From Scyliorhinus canicula (lineage: Eukaryota): a DNA stretch of 64,000 bases. The stretch's first letter is position 1; every line of letters begins with the position of its first letter. A model generated the notes under the pieces. It saw only the letters and a list, made by a program, of their open reading frames with translations, had not been told where the DNA came from and did not search any database. Shown one piece after another: positions 11,885-25,077 of the stretch. The stretch lies in assembly GCF_902713615.1 (NCBI RefSeq), contig NW_024056013.1, positions 560,773-624,772 of the forward strand, read 5' to 3'. The translations under genes were made by a program, and so were the position numbers.

Positions 11885-14855
11885 GTCAAAGACCCAACGG
11901 AATGTGGGTCATACAGACTAATCTCACTTCTGAACGCGGATGCCAAAATACTGGCCAACATCCTAGCCAAAAGGCTGGAAGACTGCGTGCCAGAGGTGGT
12001 AGCAGAAGACCAGACAGGCTTTGTCAAAGGTAGACAGCTTACTTTGAACATTAGGCGCCTGCTGAACGTGATAATGACCCCATCCTGGGAGAGAACACAA
12101 GAGGTGATCGTCTCTCTAGATGCAGAAAAGGCCTTCGACAGGGTCGAATTGAAATACCTCACAGAGGCACTGGAGCGGTTCGGGCTTCACCTCCTGGGTA
12201 AAACTCCTACACAGCGCTCCCATGGCGAGCATATGGACAAACAACACCAACTCCCTATACTTCCAGCTGCACAGGGGCACCAGACAAGGATGCCCACTGT
12301 CCCCGCTGCTGTTCGCTCTAGCGATCGAGCCACTAGCAATTGCGCTCAGAGCGGCAAAAAGCTGGAGGGGGATCCAAAGGGGAGGTAGAGAGCACAGAGT
12401 CTCACTCTATGCAGATGATCTACTCCTCTACATTTCGGGCCCACAAAGCAGCATGGACGGAATCATCGCGCTCCTGAAAGAGTTTGGTGCCTTCTCGGGC
12501 TACAAACTCAATATGAGCAAAAGCAAGATCTTCCCAGTACACCCACAAGCCCAACACAAATTCCGCTACTTGGGGATCCAAATGGCCCATGACTGGAAAG
12601 GGATCCACAAATGGAACCTTACCAGTCTGACAGAGGAAGTAAAAAAGGACCTGTAAAGATGCATCTAGTAACTCTTCCAGTAGTGTCTGTCGTTGTGGTT
12701 GTGGGTACGTCCTTGCCTCCTTTCGTAGGAAGCTTTTTAATTGCAGGTACCTTAGCTCGTTCCCCCTGGCTAGCTGGAATTTCTCTGTCACTTCACCCAG
12801 TGTCGCGATCCTCCCGTCCGTGTAGACTCGCGGGGAGAGTCCAGACGATCAAAATGGACGTGCTGCCCAGGTACCTCTTCCTATTCAGATCCATCCCCAT
12901 CTACATCCCCAAGGCCTTTTTCAAAGCACTAGACAAACTAATCATGGCGTGTTTGTGGGGTGGGGGGGGGGGGGGGAATGCTAGGATCCCAAAGAAGGTC
13001 TTGCAAAAAACAAAATCCAGGGGGGGCTTGCCCTCCCAAACCTACAACTCTACCGCTGGGCGGCGATGGCTGAGCGTGTAAGGGGATGGATCAAAGAGCT
13101 AGAAGCCGAGTGGGTGCACGCGGAGGAGGCCTCCTGCATGTGGACCTCCCTCCGGGCCCTTGCCACGGCAGCACTCCCATCCCCACCCAAACAACACTCC
13201 AGCAGCCCGGTGGTAATAGCCACCCCCCCAATCATGGAACCAACTACGGCAGCAATTTGGCCTGACCAAAATGTCAGGTAAAGCTCCCATCTGCAACAAC
13301 CATAGGTTCACGCCAGCGCTGACTGACGCCACCTTCAAAAGGTGGGGACAGGACAGGGGGACACTGACAGTCAAACCTATACACGGACGGGAGGATTGCG
13401 ACACTGGGCGAAGTGACAGAGAAATTCCAGCTAGCCAGGGGGAACGAGCTAAGTTACCTGCAATTAAAAAGCTTCCTACGAAAGGAGACAAGGACGTACC
13501 CACAACCACAACGACAGACACTACTGGAAGAGTTACTAGACGCAAGCATACTAGACAAAAGAAACTGTAGCGACATGTATGACCAACTGGTAGAAGGGGC
13601 CGACACCGTACTGGACGCAACAAGAAGAAAGTGGGAGGAGGACCTGGGGATCGAAATAGGGTGGGGACTCTGGAGTGATGGACTGCATAGGGTCAACTCC
13701 ACCTCCACATGCGCAAGGCTCAGCCTGACGCAACTAAAAGTGGTACATAGAGCCCACTTAATAAGAACCCGTATGAGTAGGTTCTTCCCAGAGGCGGAGG
13801 ACAGATGTGAACGGTGCCAAAGAGGCCCGGCCAACCACGCCCACATGTTCTGGTCTTGCGCCAGACTGGTGGAGTACTGGACAGCCTTCTTCGAGGCTAT
13901 GTCCAAAGTGGTGGGGGTGAGTGTGGAGCCATGCCCGAAAGTGGCGGTCTTCGGGGTTTCAGATCAGCCAGATCTATTCCTGGGGAGGAGTGCGGACGCC
14001 CTTGCCTTTGCCTCCCTGATTGCCCACCGTAGAATCCTGTTCAGCTGGCGGTCAGCAGCACCACCCAAAGCTGCAGACTGGCTGTCCGACCTCTCGGAAT
14101 CTCTCCAAATGGAGAAAATCAAATTCGCCATCCGAGGGTCGGACGACGGCTTCCACAGAACGTGGGAGCCATTCACCCAATTGTTCCGGGACCTGTTCGA
14201 GCCAACAAACAAACAGAAGAGCAACCAGGTAGCCAAGAAACGGGAAAGTAGCCAAAGCATGTGAGGGAGAGATAGACCGGGAGAGGGGGGGGGGGGGGGA
14301 GGGACAGCTAAATCTAAGAGGAAGGAAAGGCAAACCACAGGGCTTGGGGGGGGGGGGGGGAGGGGAGGGCAGAGGGGAGAGACAGGGAACAATAGAGGAG
14401 AGCCAGGGGAGGGAGAGGCAGGGAAACGTTAAAAAACTTGGCATCCACAGGAGAGAAAATGGGGAAGACGGGAGGGCCGCAGAAGCGGAAGTGCGCACAA
14501 GACGACAACATCAGCGAAATCCATCCGGAAGAAGCAAGGGACAACACCACAAACGGATGCCTACATATGCGTGTAAATAACTTTGCCAAGGGTACTGAGC
14601 TGCCGCTGTTGAGTAGGGGCACAATACCGTCCACTGACTTTGCAGGGAAAATCAACACTTCAGCAGCAGCAGCGACCCATGGGGGGGGGGGGATGAGTGC
14701 CCCGATGCGAGGGGGTGGGAGGATTGAGGCACGTGGGGGTAACGTCTAGTAGATTGCTGATGTATACTCTCTTTATGCACTAGGTTAATGTTCACTAAGT
14801 TGCTGTGTTAAGATTATTACTATTTAATATGGAAAATTTTGCAAAACCTTAATTT
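11885..14855 (+). mobile_element. 5'-truncated L1-clade LINE ORF2 (RT, C-terminal CCHC) with G-rich 3' UTR
   Basis: SYRLISLLNADAKIL, DQTGFVKGR, SLDAEKAFDRV, GTRQGCPLSPLLF, LYADD, FRYLGI, CERC..ANHAHMFWSC; frameshifts and internal deletions. Confidence 0.93.
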
Positions 14856-15109
14856 AAAAGAAAACAGCAGCCCGGAAGGGGGGGGGGGGGCGATTTATTT
14901 TCCTTTTTGTAAGGGGCGCATGCTCTATCCTGTATTGAATTTTGTGTTAATTTGCTAAACTGTTTATCGTTTAGCGGGTTACGTTGTTCTGTTCTGTTAG
15001 CACGTTGCCCTTCTTCTTTGTATTATTTTCCTTTTTGGAGTGTTTTATAAACTTATTGAAAACTCTGAATAAATACATTTTTTTCAAAAATGTGTACATG
15101 AGTGTGTTA

Positions 15110-15335
15110 TTTATTTTTCATAAACTTAGTGTACACCATTCATTTTTGTCCAATTAAGACGCAATTTAGCGTGTCCAATCCACCTAGCCTGCACATTTTG
15201 GGTTGTGGGCTCAAAACCCACGCAAACACGGGTAGAATGTGCACACTCCACACGGACAATGACCCAGAGCCGGGATTGGACATGTGATCTCGACGCCATG
15301 GCAGCAGGACTAATCCACTGCGCCACCATGCTGCC
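15110..15335 (-). mobile_element. HE1-like SINE
   Basis: Reverse complement of the shared core and short tail. Confidence 0.8.
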
Positions 15336-15524
15336 TTAATATGAGTCTGTTATTGAGTATGCTATGTGTTGAAGTCTATTTATATATTAATGCCTGTGTT
15401 AATATGTGTTTGTACTTTCCTGCCTTGTAATATGTGTTATTGTGTCCTTTTGCGTTCAACATGCATGTCAATGTCTTAATGTTTGCGTCTGGATAAGCGC
15501 TTTTGTGCATGTATGATCATCATC

Positions 15525-15845
15525 ATAGAATCCCCACAGTGCTGAACGAGGCCAATCAGCTCATCGAGTCAGCACCGACCCTCTGAAGAGCACCCTATCA
15601 AGGTACATGCCCCCGCCCCACCCTCATAACCTCAAACATCACTTAACCTTTTGGATACTAAGGGGCAATGGAGCATGGCCAATCCACCTAAACTGCTCAC
15701 CTTTGGACTGTGGGAGGAAACGGGATCACCCGGAGGATATCCATGCAGACACAGGAGAACGTGCAAACTCCACACAGACAGTCACCCAAGGCTGGAATTG
15801 AACCCAGCCTTTGGCACTGGGAGACAGCAGTGCTGTGTATGCGTT
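15525..15845 (-). mobile_element. HE1-like SINE
   Basis: CATAGAATCCCCACAGTGC tail and shared core on minus. Confidence 0.8.
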
Positions 15846-15856
15846 GATGAAAAAAA

Positions 15857-16020
15857 TGTACATTGCTATTGTCACGAGTAGGCTTCAAATGAAGTTACTG
15901 TGAAAAGCCCTAGTCACCACATTCCGACGCCTGTTCGGGGAGGCTGTTACGGGAATCGAATCGTGCTGCTAGCCTGCTTGGTCTGCTTTCAAAGCCAGCG
16001 ATTTAGCCCTGTGCTAAATG
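15857..16020 (-). mobile_element. second-family tRNA SINE (TTTAGCACAGGGCTAAATCGCTGGC head)
   Basis: Same element at 18994-19170, 54015-54185, 60525-60700, 61297-61485. Confidence 0.85.
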
Positions 16021-16118
16021 ATGGTTATTTAAAACTATGTATTACTTGTGTATTGATGTCTCCATGTGCACTAATGTATATTCGTGTTAACATGTGTACG
16101 AGTCTGCTGACATATGTC

Positions 16119-17697
16119 GCTGTCTCTGGCGGGTAGGGTGCAATCAGTCAAGATGACGGTGCTCCCGAGATTTCTGTTCCTGTTCCAGTGCCTCCCATCC
16201 TTATCCCGAAGGCCTTTTTCAGGCGGGTTAACAGGAGCATTACGGGGTTTGTGTGGGTGAACGGGGCCCCGAGGGTGTGAAGGGTGTTTGAGCGGGGCAG
16301 AGATGGGGGTGGGGTGGGGGTGGGGGGCTGGCGCTGCCCAACCTCTGTGGGTATTATTGGGCTGCCAACGCAGTGATGGTGCGTAAGTGGGTAATGGAGG
16401 GGGAAGGGTCAGCATGGAGGAGGATGGAGATGGCGTCCTGTGTGGACACGAGCCAGGAGGCGCAGGTAACGTTGCCGCTGCTGCTCCCTCCAACGAGGTA
16501 TACCATGAGCCCGGTGGTGGCGGCTACCTCAAAATTTGGGGGCAATGGAGACGGCACAGGGGGGAGGTGGGGGCCTCGATGGGGCCACGATACGGGGGAA
16601 CCACCGGTTTGTCCCGGGGAGAATTGATGGTGGGTTCTTGAGCTGGCACAGGGCAGGTGTTAGGAGGTTGAGGGACCTGTTTGTAGACGGGAAGTTTGCG
16701 AGCCTGGGTGAGCTGAAAGGGAGGTTCGGGCTCACCCGGGGAACACCTTTCGGTACATGTAGGTAAGGGCTTTTGTCAGGCGGCAGGTGGCGGAGTTCCC
16801 TCTGTTGCCGCCGCGTGGTGTCCAGGACAGGGTGCTCTCGGGTGTGTGAATTGGAGAGGGGAGGAGCTCGGCAACATACAAGTGATGCGGGAGGTAGACG
16901 AGGCCTCGGTGGAGGAGCTGAAGGGTAAATGGGAGGAGGAGCTGGGTGAGGAGATTGAGGAGGGGACGTGGGCGGACACCCTAGGAAGGGGGAACTCCTC
17001 TTCTTCTTGTGCGAGGCTTAGCCTCATACAGTTTAAGGTGCTGCATAGGGCTCACATGACCGGGATAAGGATGAGCCGGTTCTTTGGGAGCGAGAACAGG
17101 TGTATTAGGTGCTCAGGGAGCCCAGCAAACCATGTCCATATGTTCTGGGCATGCCCAGCACTGGGGGAATTTTGGAAGGGCGTAGCGGGGACGGTGTCGA
17201 GAGTGGTAGGATCCAGGGTCAAACCAGGCTGGGGACTCGAAATATTTGGGGTTGCAGAGGAGCCGGGAGTGCAGGAGGTGAAAGAGGCCAGTGTTCTGGC
17301 CTTTGCGCCCCTAATAGCCTGGCGGAGGATTCTTCTTCAGTGGAAGGATGCGAGACCCCCAAGCGTGGAGGCCTGGATCAATGGTATGGCGGGGTTTATT
17401 AAATTGGAAATGGTGAAATCTGCCCTAAGGGGATCAGTGCAGGGGTCCTTCAGGAGGTGGTGGCAACCATTCCTGGATTTCCTGGCAGAACGGTAGGAAA
17501 AAGACCAGCAGCAGCAGCAACCGGGGGCGGGGGTCCCTTTGTTTTGGGCTGAAGGGACGTGTATTTGTTTTTTGCTAATGTCGGGCGTTAATTAATTTCT
17601 TATTTTTGTATTGGGGGGGGGGTTGTTCTTTCTGTTTTTAGTATTTTCTATTATTGATATTTTGTGAAAATTTGAATAAAAATTATTTTTTTAAAAA
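16119..17697 (+). mobile_element. 5'-truncated L1 insertion with 19-bp target-site duplication
   Basis: GAGTCTGCTGACATATGTC at 16100-16118 and 17698-17716; CIRCSGSPANHVHMFWAC; AATAAA and A-rich end. Confidence 0.93.
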
Positions 17698-17719
17698 GAG
17701 TCTGCTGACATATGTCTAC

Positions 17720-18230
17720 GTGTACCCCTAATTGTGGTATTGTGGATTATTGTCTCTGTCTTTAATTCTATACTTCTGTCATCGTGAAATTGTGCGATTG
17801 AATATGTTATTGGTTACATTTGTGTTTCATATTCTGATGTTAGTCTACTTGTCTGGTTTTATATGTTTGCGTTTGCATCTTTGTGTATCTGTGTGGACAT
17901 GTTGGTGTTGTGTATGTTTGTGTATGCTTGTGTGCCTGATTGTGTACGTATATTTGTATGTGTATGTGTCAATGTGTCTGTGTGAGTATAAACATGTGCT
18001 TTTCTGTGTTTGTCTGCATGTTTGTGCATTTCTGTACACGTTCGTGTGCGTTCTTGTGTCAATATATGTGTGGTTCGTTGTACCTGGTGTATGTTTTGTG
18101 TGTGTTTCTGTGTGTGTGTGTGTTTGTGTCCATGTGTGCATGTATATATGTTTGTGGGAAAGGGGGTGTATGTATGTGTTGTGTTTAAGTCGTTTAACTG
18201 TGTGTCTGTGTATTTGTATCCGCTGCCTGT
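17720..18230. repeat. TG-rich low-complexity tract
   Basis: Degenerate (TG)n. Confidence 0.85.
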
Positions 18231-18834
18231 AGCTTTGCCAGTTGTGGTATTATTGATAGCGATGTAGAATATGTTGAACTTTCTGCTAACAAATGTGTTT
18301 CTGTGAGATGCAAGGTGACATCAGGTGACCGAATACAAAAATGCAAGGAGGTGCCTCAGAGAGAACAATGAAAATCCAGGGAGAATCCAATCACCAGCCT
18401 GCATTTGGATTATGGCGAATCGGTTTTAGATACGGATAAGAGGAACAAGAGTGCAAAAAAAGGTAACATTCTGTTGCATAAATAGATAAATAAAGAACAT
18501 CTTTATCATGATGGTCTTTTCACATCTTCAGGCAGTAAACGACAAACCGACTTGTAATGTCAGTAACTGAATGCTCAGAGTAGAGACTCGTCCGCTCTCA
18601 AACTCGCTGCTTAGGGATTGGGAGGACAGTGAGCTAATCATCTCTGGATAAAAGCAAGTTGCTGCTGATGCTGGAATCTGCTGAGATTTTTCCAGCATTT
18701 TCTCTTTGGAGTTAATAATCTCCCTCATTGGTCAGCTTGACAAATTCTCTTTGGGTTTCCCCCTGCTGAGGAGGTGGAGATACAGAGAGTTCACTCATCA
18801 CCTTCCTCCTTTTCCTCGGGAACGTGGAGGTGAA

Positions 18835-20770
18835 ATGGGTTAATATTGCCCCTCTCTCTTTTTGTTTGGGATTTGGGTGTACAGTGGATTATCTAATGCC
18901 CCTCCCACTCTGTTGCGGAAGTGGGGGAACAGTGGATTAAATATTTCCCCTCCCCTCTCTGTTGTTGAAGTGGGGGTACAGTGGATTAACTAATGAAATG
19001 AAATGAAAATCGCATATTGTCACGAGTAGGCTTCAAGTGAAGTTACTGTGAAAAGCCCCTAGTCGCCACATTCCGGCCCCTGTTCGGGAAGGTTGTTATG
19101 GGAATTGAACCGTGCTGCTGGCCTGCTTAGTCTGCATTCATAGCCAGCGACTTAGCCCTGTGCTAAACTGCCCCTACCCCTTTCTGTTCGGGATGTGGGG
19201 GCACAGTAGATTAACTAATGCCCCCCCTCTTTTTGCTGGGGATGTGGGGGTACAGTGGATTAACTAATGTTTCTCCCCTTCTCTGTTCGGGATGTGGGGG
19301 TACAGTGGATTAACTAATGCCACTCTCTCTCTTCGGGATGTAGGGGTGCAGTGGATTAACCAATGCCCCTCCCCTCTCTGTTCGGGATGTGGTGGTACAG
19401 TGGGTTAACTAATGCACTCCCCTCTCTGTTCGGGATGTGGGGGTACAGTGATTTAACTAATGCCCCTCCCCCTCTCCTGTTGGGGAAGTGTGGTACACTG
19501 TGAACAAACTCCCCTCCTGTATATGCTGTGTATTTGGGGATACAGTGTATTAAATACTTCACTCCCACGCATTGGTGTGGAAGTGGGGTTACAGTGGGTT
19601 AACTAATATCCCTTCCTCTTTGTTAGGGAATTGGGGTGCAGTGCATTTACGAATACCTCTTCCCTCTCTTTTTTGGGGTAAATGTGGACAGAGTGGATTA
19701 ACTAAAGCCTCCCCCCCCCTCTCTGTTGGGGATGTGGGGGTACAGTGGATTAACTAATTACCCTCCGCCTCTCTCTGTTGTTGAAGTGGGGGTACCGTGG
19801 ATTAAATAATTCCCCTCTCTCTCTTTTGAGGAAGTGAGCACACAGAGGATAAAGGAATGCCCCTCCTCCTCTCTCTTGGGAAAGTAGGGGTACAGTGGAT
19901 TAACCAAAGGCCCTCTCACTCTCTTTGTTGTGGAAGTGGGGTACAGTGGATTAACTAAAGGCCCTCCTCCTCTTTCTGTGGGGAGAGTGGGGGTACAGTG
20001 CATTAACTAAAGACCCTCCGCCTCTCTCTCTGGGGAGAGTGGGGAACAGTGGATTAACTAAAGGCCCGCCTCTTTCTGTGGGGAGAGTGGGGGTACAGTG
20101 CATTAACTAAAGACCCTCCGCCTCTCTCGTGGGGAGAGTGGGGGTACAGTGCATTAACTAAAGACCCTCCGCCCTCTCTGTGGGGAGAGTAGGGGTACAG
20201 TGTATTAACTAAAGACCCTCTGCCTCTCTCTCTGGGGAGAGTGGGGTACAGTGCATTAACTAAAGGCACACCGCCTATCTCTTTCCAGGGGAAGTGGGTG
20301 TACAGTGGGTTAACTGATCCCCTCCCAATCTCATTTTTTCTGGAAGTGGGATATTGTGAATTAACTAAAGGCCCTGCCTCTCTCTGTTGTTGAAGTGGGG
20401 GTACCGTGGATTAAATAATTCCCCCCTCTCTCTCTTTTGAAGAAGTGAGCACACAGAGGTAAAGGAAAGCCCCTCCTCCTCTCTCTCTTGGGAAAGTAGG
20501 GGTGCAGTGGATTAACCAAAGGCCCTCTCACTCTCTTTGTTGGGACAGTGGGGGTACGGTGGATTAACTAAAGGCCCTCCGCCTCTTTCTGTGGGGAAAG
20601 TGGGGATACAGTGAATGAACAAAAGGGACTCACCTATATCTTTCTTGGGGAAGTGGTATAGTGGATTAACTAAAGGCCCTCCCACTCTTTTTGTGGAGGT
20701 GGGGTACAGTGGATTACCTAAAGGCCCTCCGCCTCTGTTGGGAAAGTGTGGGTACAGTGGGTTAATCATT
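18835..20770. repeat. 40-46 bp minisatellite (GTGGGGGTACAGTGGATTAACTAA-GCCCCTCCCCTCTCTG..), roughly 40 units, in the Cmu4-TM1 intron
   Basis: Recurrent TACAGTGGATTAACTAA; interrupted by a SINE at 18994-19170. Confidence 0.9.
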
Positions 20771-21191
20771 TCCCGATACCTCTCTTTGATGGCGAATTGT
20801 TGGTCCATGTTTCTGTTTGTTCCTCAATTCAGCTTGTAGTGGGGTGAGACAGCAACTTAAAGCTGAAATCAATTTTAAAGGGATGGACAATGAGAGAAGC
20901 AGGAACACCGAGATCCAAATGTGATGGATTTGTTTGTCTGAAATGAAAAATTGTCCGATTTCTCCTCAGCCGGAGGAAATTCAATGAAGATATTTTGCTG
21001 AATCCTGGAAGAATGAGATTTACTCTGTCTCTAACCCAGGGTGTATCTGAGCTGGGAGCACTGGTTGTATCAGACTTGGGGCCGAGACCTGTAGAAATCC
21101 GAGTCTCATTGAACAGATCTGATATCAGCAAAGTGGAAGCACCATTAATTAAGCGGCTGTACATTTAAATCACAATTGGAGGGAAAATAAC

Positions 21192-21206
21192 TTTATTATT
21201 TTTATT
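21192..21206 (-). terminator. poly(A) signals of secretory mu mRNA
   Basis: Minus AATAAA at 21197-21192 and 21206-21201, about 30-40 nt after the secretory stop. Confidence 0.75.
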
Positions 21207-21233
21207 TTAGTTCAAAATATAACCAATGGATTC

Positions 21234-21622
21234 TCATTGACATGAATTAACGGTGTCCATCAGAGCGAGGGAAATGTTCACAAAACTGGGTTTACCGCTG
21301 GATTTATTAACCGTTCTGTTGATGATCTTCAAGGGGATGGCTTCATGTCCCACCACACAGGAGTAAGAAGCGCCGCTGGCCCACTCCTCCGCTGCAATGG
21401 ATAACAGGCTGTACATGAAGAAGGAGCTATTGCCGTTCCGCCATCACCTCGGTGTTCTTGTAGTTGCCGGGATTCACCGGCTTGTCATTGACGGTCCACT
21501 TGACGAAGATCTCTCGGGGGAGAAACCTCTCACTAAGCAGCTGAGGGAGGCGAATCTCTGAGCGGAGACGTCTTCAGCCGAGGGCAGGAGGACAGAGACG
21601 GACGGTTCCCGCGGATTGGGAT
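21234..21622 (-). pseudogene. IGHM: IgM Cmu4 plus secretory tail (..[19 protein letters not shown]), with -1 and -2 deletions
   Basis: [36 protein letters not shown]; [13 protein letters not shown]; tail with N-glycosylation site and penultimate Cys; internal TM donor G/GTAAAC at 21296; frame breaks near 21517 and 21440 give a premature TGA. Confidence 0.93.
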
Positions 21623-21929
21623 CTGCAGAAATGTACATAAATGTTAATAAAATGGGGAATTCCGGGAGACAATGGAACCGCGGGTTAGATGTGAGAGAAA
21701 TGTGTTTTGTGTTGGATTTTAAAGGTTTCCATTTTCCACTTTGGGATCTGTCCGGGTTCCCAGCTCGGAGCAGAGGTGGCACAATCCTTTTCCCTGAGAC
21801 TTTACGGATATTGAATTTGAAAGTTTCAGAAAGTATACAGCAGGGAAACAGGCCATTCGGCCCAACTGTTCTGTGCTGGTGTATAAACTCCACACCTGGC
21901 TCCTCCCACCTTACTCCCAGAGGATTGGA

Positions 21930-23140
21930 AAACTGCCAATGTAACACCCTTATTCAAAGGGGAGGGAGTAAAAAAACAGGTAACAATAGGCCAGTGACCT
22001 GTCAGTGGAGAACGGTGAGAGTCCATTATAACGTTTCTAATAGCTGAGCATTTCAAAATACACCATATAATCAAACAGAGTCAGCAGGGCTTTGTGAAAG
22101 GTAAATCATGCCTGAAAGCTTTATTGCCCTTATTTGAGGTGATAACGAGAAGGCAAGAGAGGGGGGGGGGGGGGGGCAGTAGATGTACTATACATGTATT
22201 TCAAAACTGTGTTTAATAAATGAATGTACTATTCCCATGTTTACAGATGACAAAATATATGTAGAAAGCCAGGTGGTGAGGATTACAGAATATCCACAGA
22301 GGGACAGAGGCAGCTTAAGTTACTGAATAAAAACTTGGCAGATGGAACATAATGTAGGAAAATGTGAGGTTATAATTTGGCAGGAGGAAGAACATAACGG
22401 AATATTATTTACATGGAGAAAGACTGGAGAAAGCTGAAGTAAGGGGGAATTGTGAGTCCTCCTGCAGAAACCACAAAAAGCAAGTTCTGCAGGTAATATG
22501 GAGACAAATTGAATGTTGACATTTATTTCAAACGGAATAGAATATAAACATGGGGAGGTCGAGCTAAAACTATACAAAGCATTAGAGACGACACCTGGTG
22601 TACTTTGAATAGTTTTGGTGCCCTTATCTAAGGAAGACAGATTGGTTTTGAAGGCAGTCCAGAGAAGGATCACGAGGCTGATCCGAGTATGGAGGGAGTT
22701 TCTTATGGGGAGAGTTGTACTTATTGGAGTTTAGAGGAATGAAGGCGACATAATTGAGACATGAAAGATTCTCAGGGAGCTTCTTAGGATAGACGCTGAG
22801 AGGTTGTTTTCCCCTTGTGGGAGCGTCAAGGAGCAGCGTGAATGATCGCAAAATAAGGGTTCGCCCATTTCAGACAGAGATGAGAAGGAATTTCCTCTCT
22901 CAGAGGGTAGTGAAGCTGTGGAATTATTTAACGCAGGGGGCTGTAGATTCTGGGGTGTCAGTATGTCAAGGTTGAGAGAGACATATTTTAAATCAGTAAA
23001 GGCGTCAAGAGATTTGGAGATTAGGCGGGAAAGAGGAGTTGAAGGTTATCACAGCAGATCAGTCATGATCTCACTGAAGGCTGGACCGGTGTTATGGGCC
23101 CAAAGGCCTACATCTGCTCCTAAGTCTTGTGGTCTATAGT
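21930..23140 (+). mobile_element. degenerate CR1 LINE in the Cmu3-Cmu4 intron
   Basis: N.RPV.L, SQQGFVKGKSCL, ADD.K remnants and CR1 3' end. Confidence 0.8.
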
Positions 23141-23261
23141 CTCGCTCCGTCTAAACCCAATATCACTACTTTTAATTCATTGTTCATTCATCTGCATATC
23201 AATTTCCACCTTAAACTCTAAACGCCTAGTTTTTAGTTAGCGGAATTACCTATCTGGATAG

Positions 23262-23555
23262 AGCAGCCCGGTAGCACAAGCCCTTGGCTTGACAACGCCA
23301 GGGTCCCAGTTTCGATTCCCTGCTGGGAGTCTGCACGTTCCCCCCGTGGCTGCGTGGGTTTCCGGGTGCTCCGGTTTTCTTCACATTCTAAAGACGTGCA
23401 GGTTAGGTGGATTGGCCATGCTAAATTGCCCTTTGTGACCAAAAACGTTAGGTGCGGTTATTGGGTTACGGGGATTGGATGGAAGTGAGGGCTTAAGTGG
23501 GTCGGTGCAAACTCGATGGGGCGAACGGCCTCCTTCTGCACTGTATGTTCTAGAC
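23262..23555 (+). mobile_element. HE1-like SINE
   Basis: Shared head, core and tail CTGTATGTTCTA. Confidence 0.85.
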
Positions 23556-23632
23556 TGAATACTAAATATTGACCGCACTGACACTAGAAATAGACACAAT
23601 GGCTCACTTATTGCTTCAGTCTCACGGCTCAC

Positions 23633-23939
23633 CTATGTTTTTGTGAATTGAAATTCTTAAAGGAGTTGGCAGGTCTTGATGGCTCGCCACACAGCAAACA
23701 CAGCCCCACTCAGCCAGGCTTGTGTCGAGATGTTTAATTTGCTGACCACGCTCTCAGTATCTGCCCCAGGCTGGTCGGCAATCTCTGATTTCAGCGGCTT
23801 CTTCGCTTCATCCAGGACACATTGACTCCATAGGGAGCATTCGAAATGACGCAGGTTAAGGTTACAGTCGCCTCCAGTAAGACCTGTTCTATTGGCGGTG
23901 GCAGTATTGTTACTGAGGCATCAGTGCGAACGGAAGGAT
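23633..23939 (-). pseudogene. IGHM: IgM Cmu3 exon with two -1 deletions
   Basis: [71 protein letters not shown]; 307 nt where 309 is expected; AG/GT boundaries intact. Confidence 0.92.
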
Positions 23940-24569
23940 CTGCGAATGAAAAAAAATGGAAATCAACCCAAGTTTCATCTTCAGAATCAGGACAGCAGGA
24001 TTCAGCCTTCACTCAATAAATGGGAATAAATCAACTTCGAAACTTCTAAATATCGCCATTAATCTTTATACACAACGGAAAACCAGTTCGGTCAGTGTAA
24101 ACTATTCTCATTGTGAAATACAATCAGCCCGATGCCATTCTAATGAATCAGTATTGCAGCATTGCCAATACAAATATTCCAGTCCTGATCTCAGGAACCT
24201 AACACTGAAGGCTGATTTATAAATGGGTTGGATGAAATTTCCAACACTTTCGTCCCGGAGCTGTTATCAGTAATGTGTTTCAGACACCCACTGACTCTCA
24301 AATATAACCAGCTGTCTCAGGATAAAGCTGATATCAAGTCCACCTCACTTACTAAATGACTTCAAATTAGAGCGAAACATTTATTTCTATACTGATCAAA
24401 TCCTGAATGGTGAGCAATCCTAATGCAGCTCTTACATCAGAATGAACACAAACTACATGGCAGTAAATTAGAAGTTATTCTGTGCTTGTAATAACTTCAG
24501 TAAATTCCTGATTTTGATTAACATCAGAGTTCAGGATGATTTATTGTTTCCTCTGTTTGTGTCTCTTAC

Positions 24570-24878
24570 CAGACGCGGTGATGTTGTGACTTTGGGTGAC
24601 CTCTTGATGAGTGACCTGGCAGGTATAGACCGCTTTGCTGAACCATTCCCCAGCGGAGACTGTCAGCCGACTGCTCGCCGAGAAGTTCCCGTTCACTTCA
24701 CAGGCGGAAGAGGTGACAATTCGTGAACCCATGGCTTGTCCATTCTTCAGCCAATTCACCGTCATTGAATTTGGCTGGAAATCGTTAATTGAACAGACGA
24801 TGGTTGCAAATTTCTGTCTTGTGATTTCTTCATTCGAACTCACGGTAAGGAAAACATGTGGAGGGACACCAGGCGGGC
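24570..24878 (-). CDS. IGHM: IgM Cmu2 exon, intact
   Basis: [49 protein letters not shown]; 309 nt, phase 1-1. Confidence 0.95.
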
Positions 24879-25077
24879 CTTCAAGAAACACAATTTAGAC
24901 ATTTCTTGCAGAAGATGGTGTGACAAATAAAATGATTATTATATTTTAACAGCTTCTCTGCGGTCAATATTTTCCTCAGGAATCAGAACGGCACACTTTA
25001 CCATAAATATGTTATAGCCAAAGGTTTAAAAAAGTAATCACAGCGGTTCTGCTTCGCACAGTTTCCACAACACTTAC

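Noticed and set aside
14344-14749. Small ORFs in the L1 3' region
   Set aside because: They lie in the purine-rich L1 3' UTR and show no recognisable motif
18528-18650. Possible extra exon in the Cmu4-TM1 intron (acceptor TTTTATCCAG)
   Set aside because: No Ig-domain or TM motif and no convincing donor
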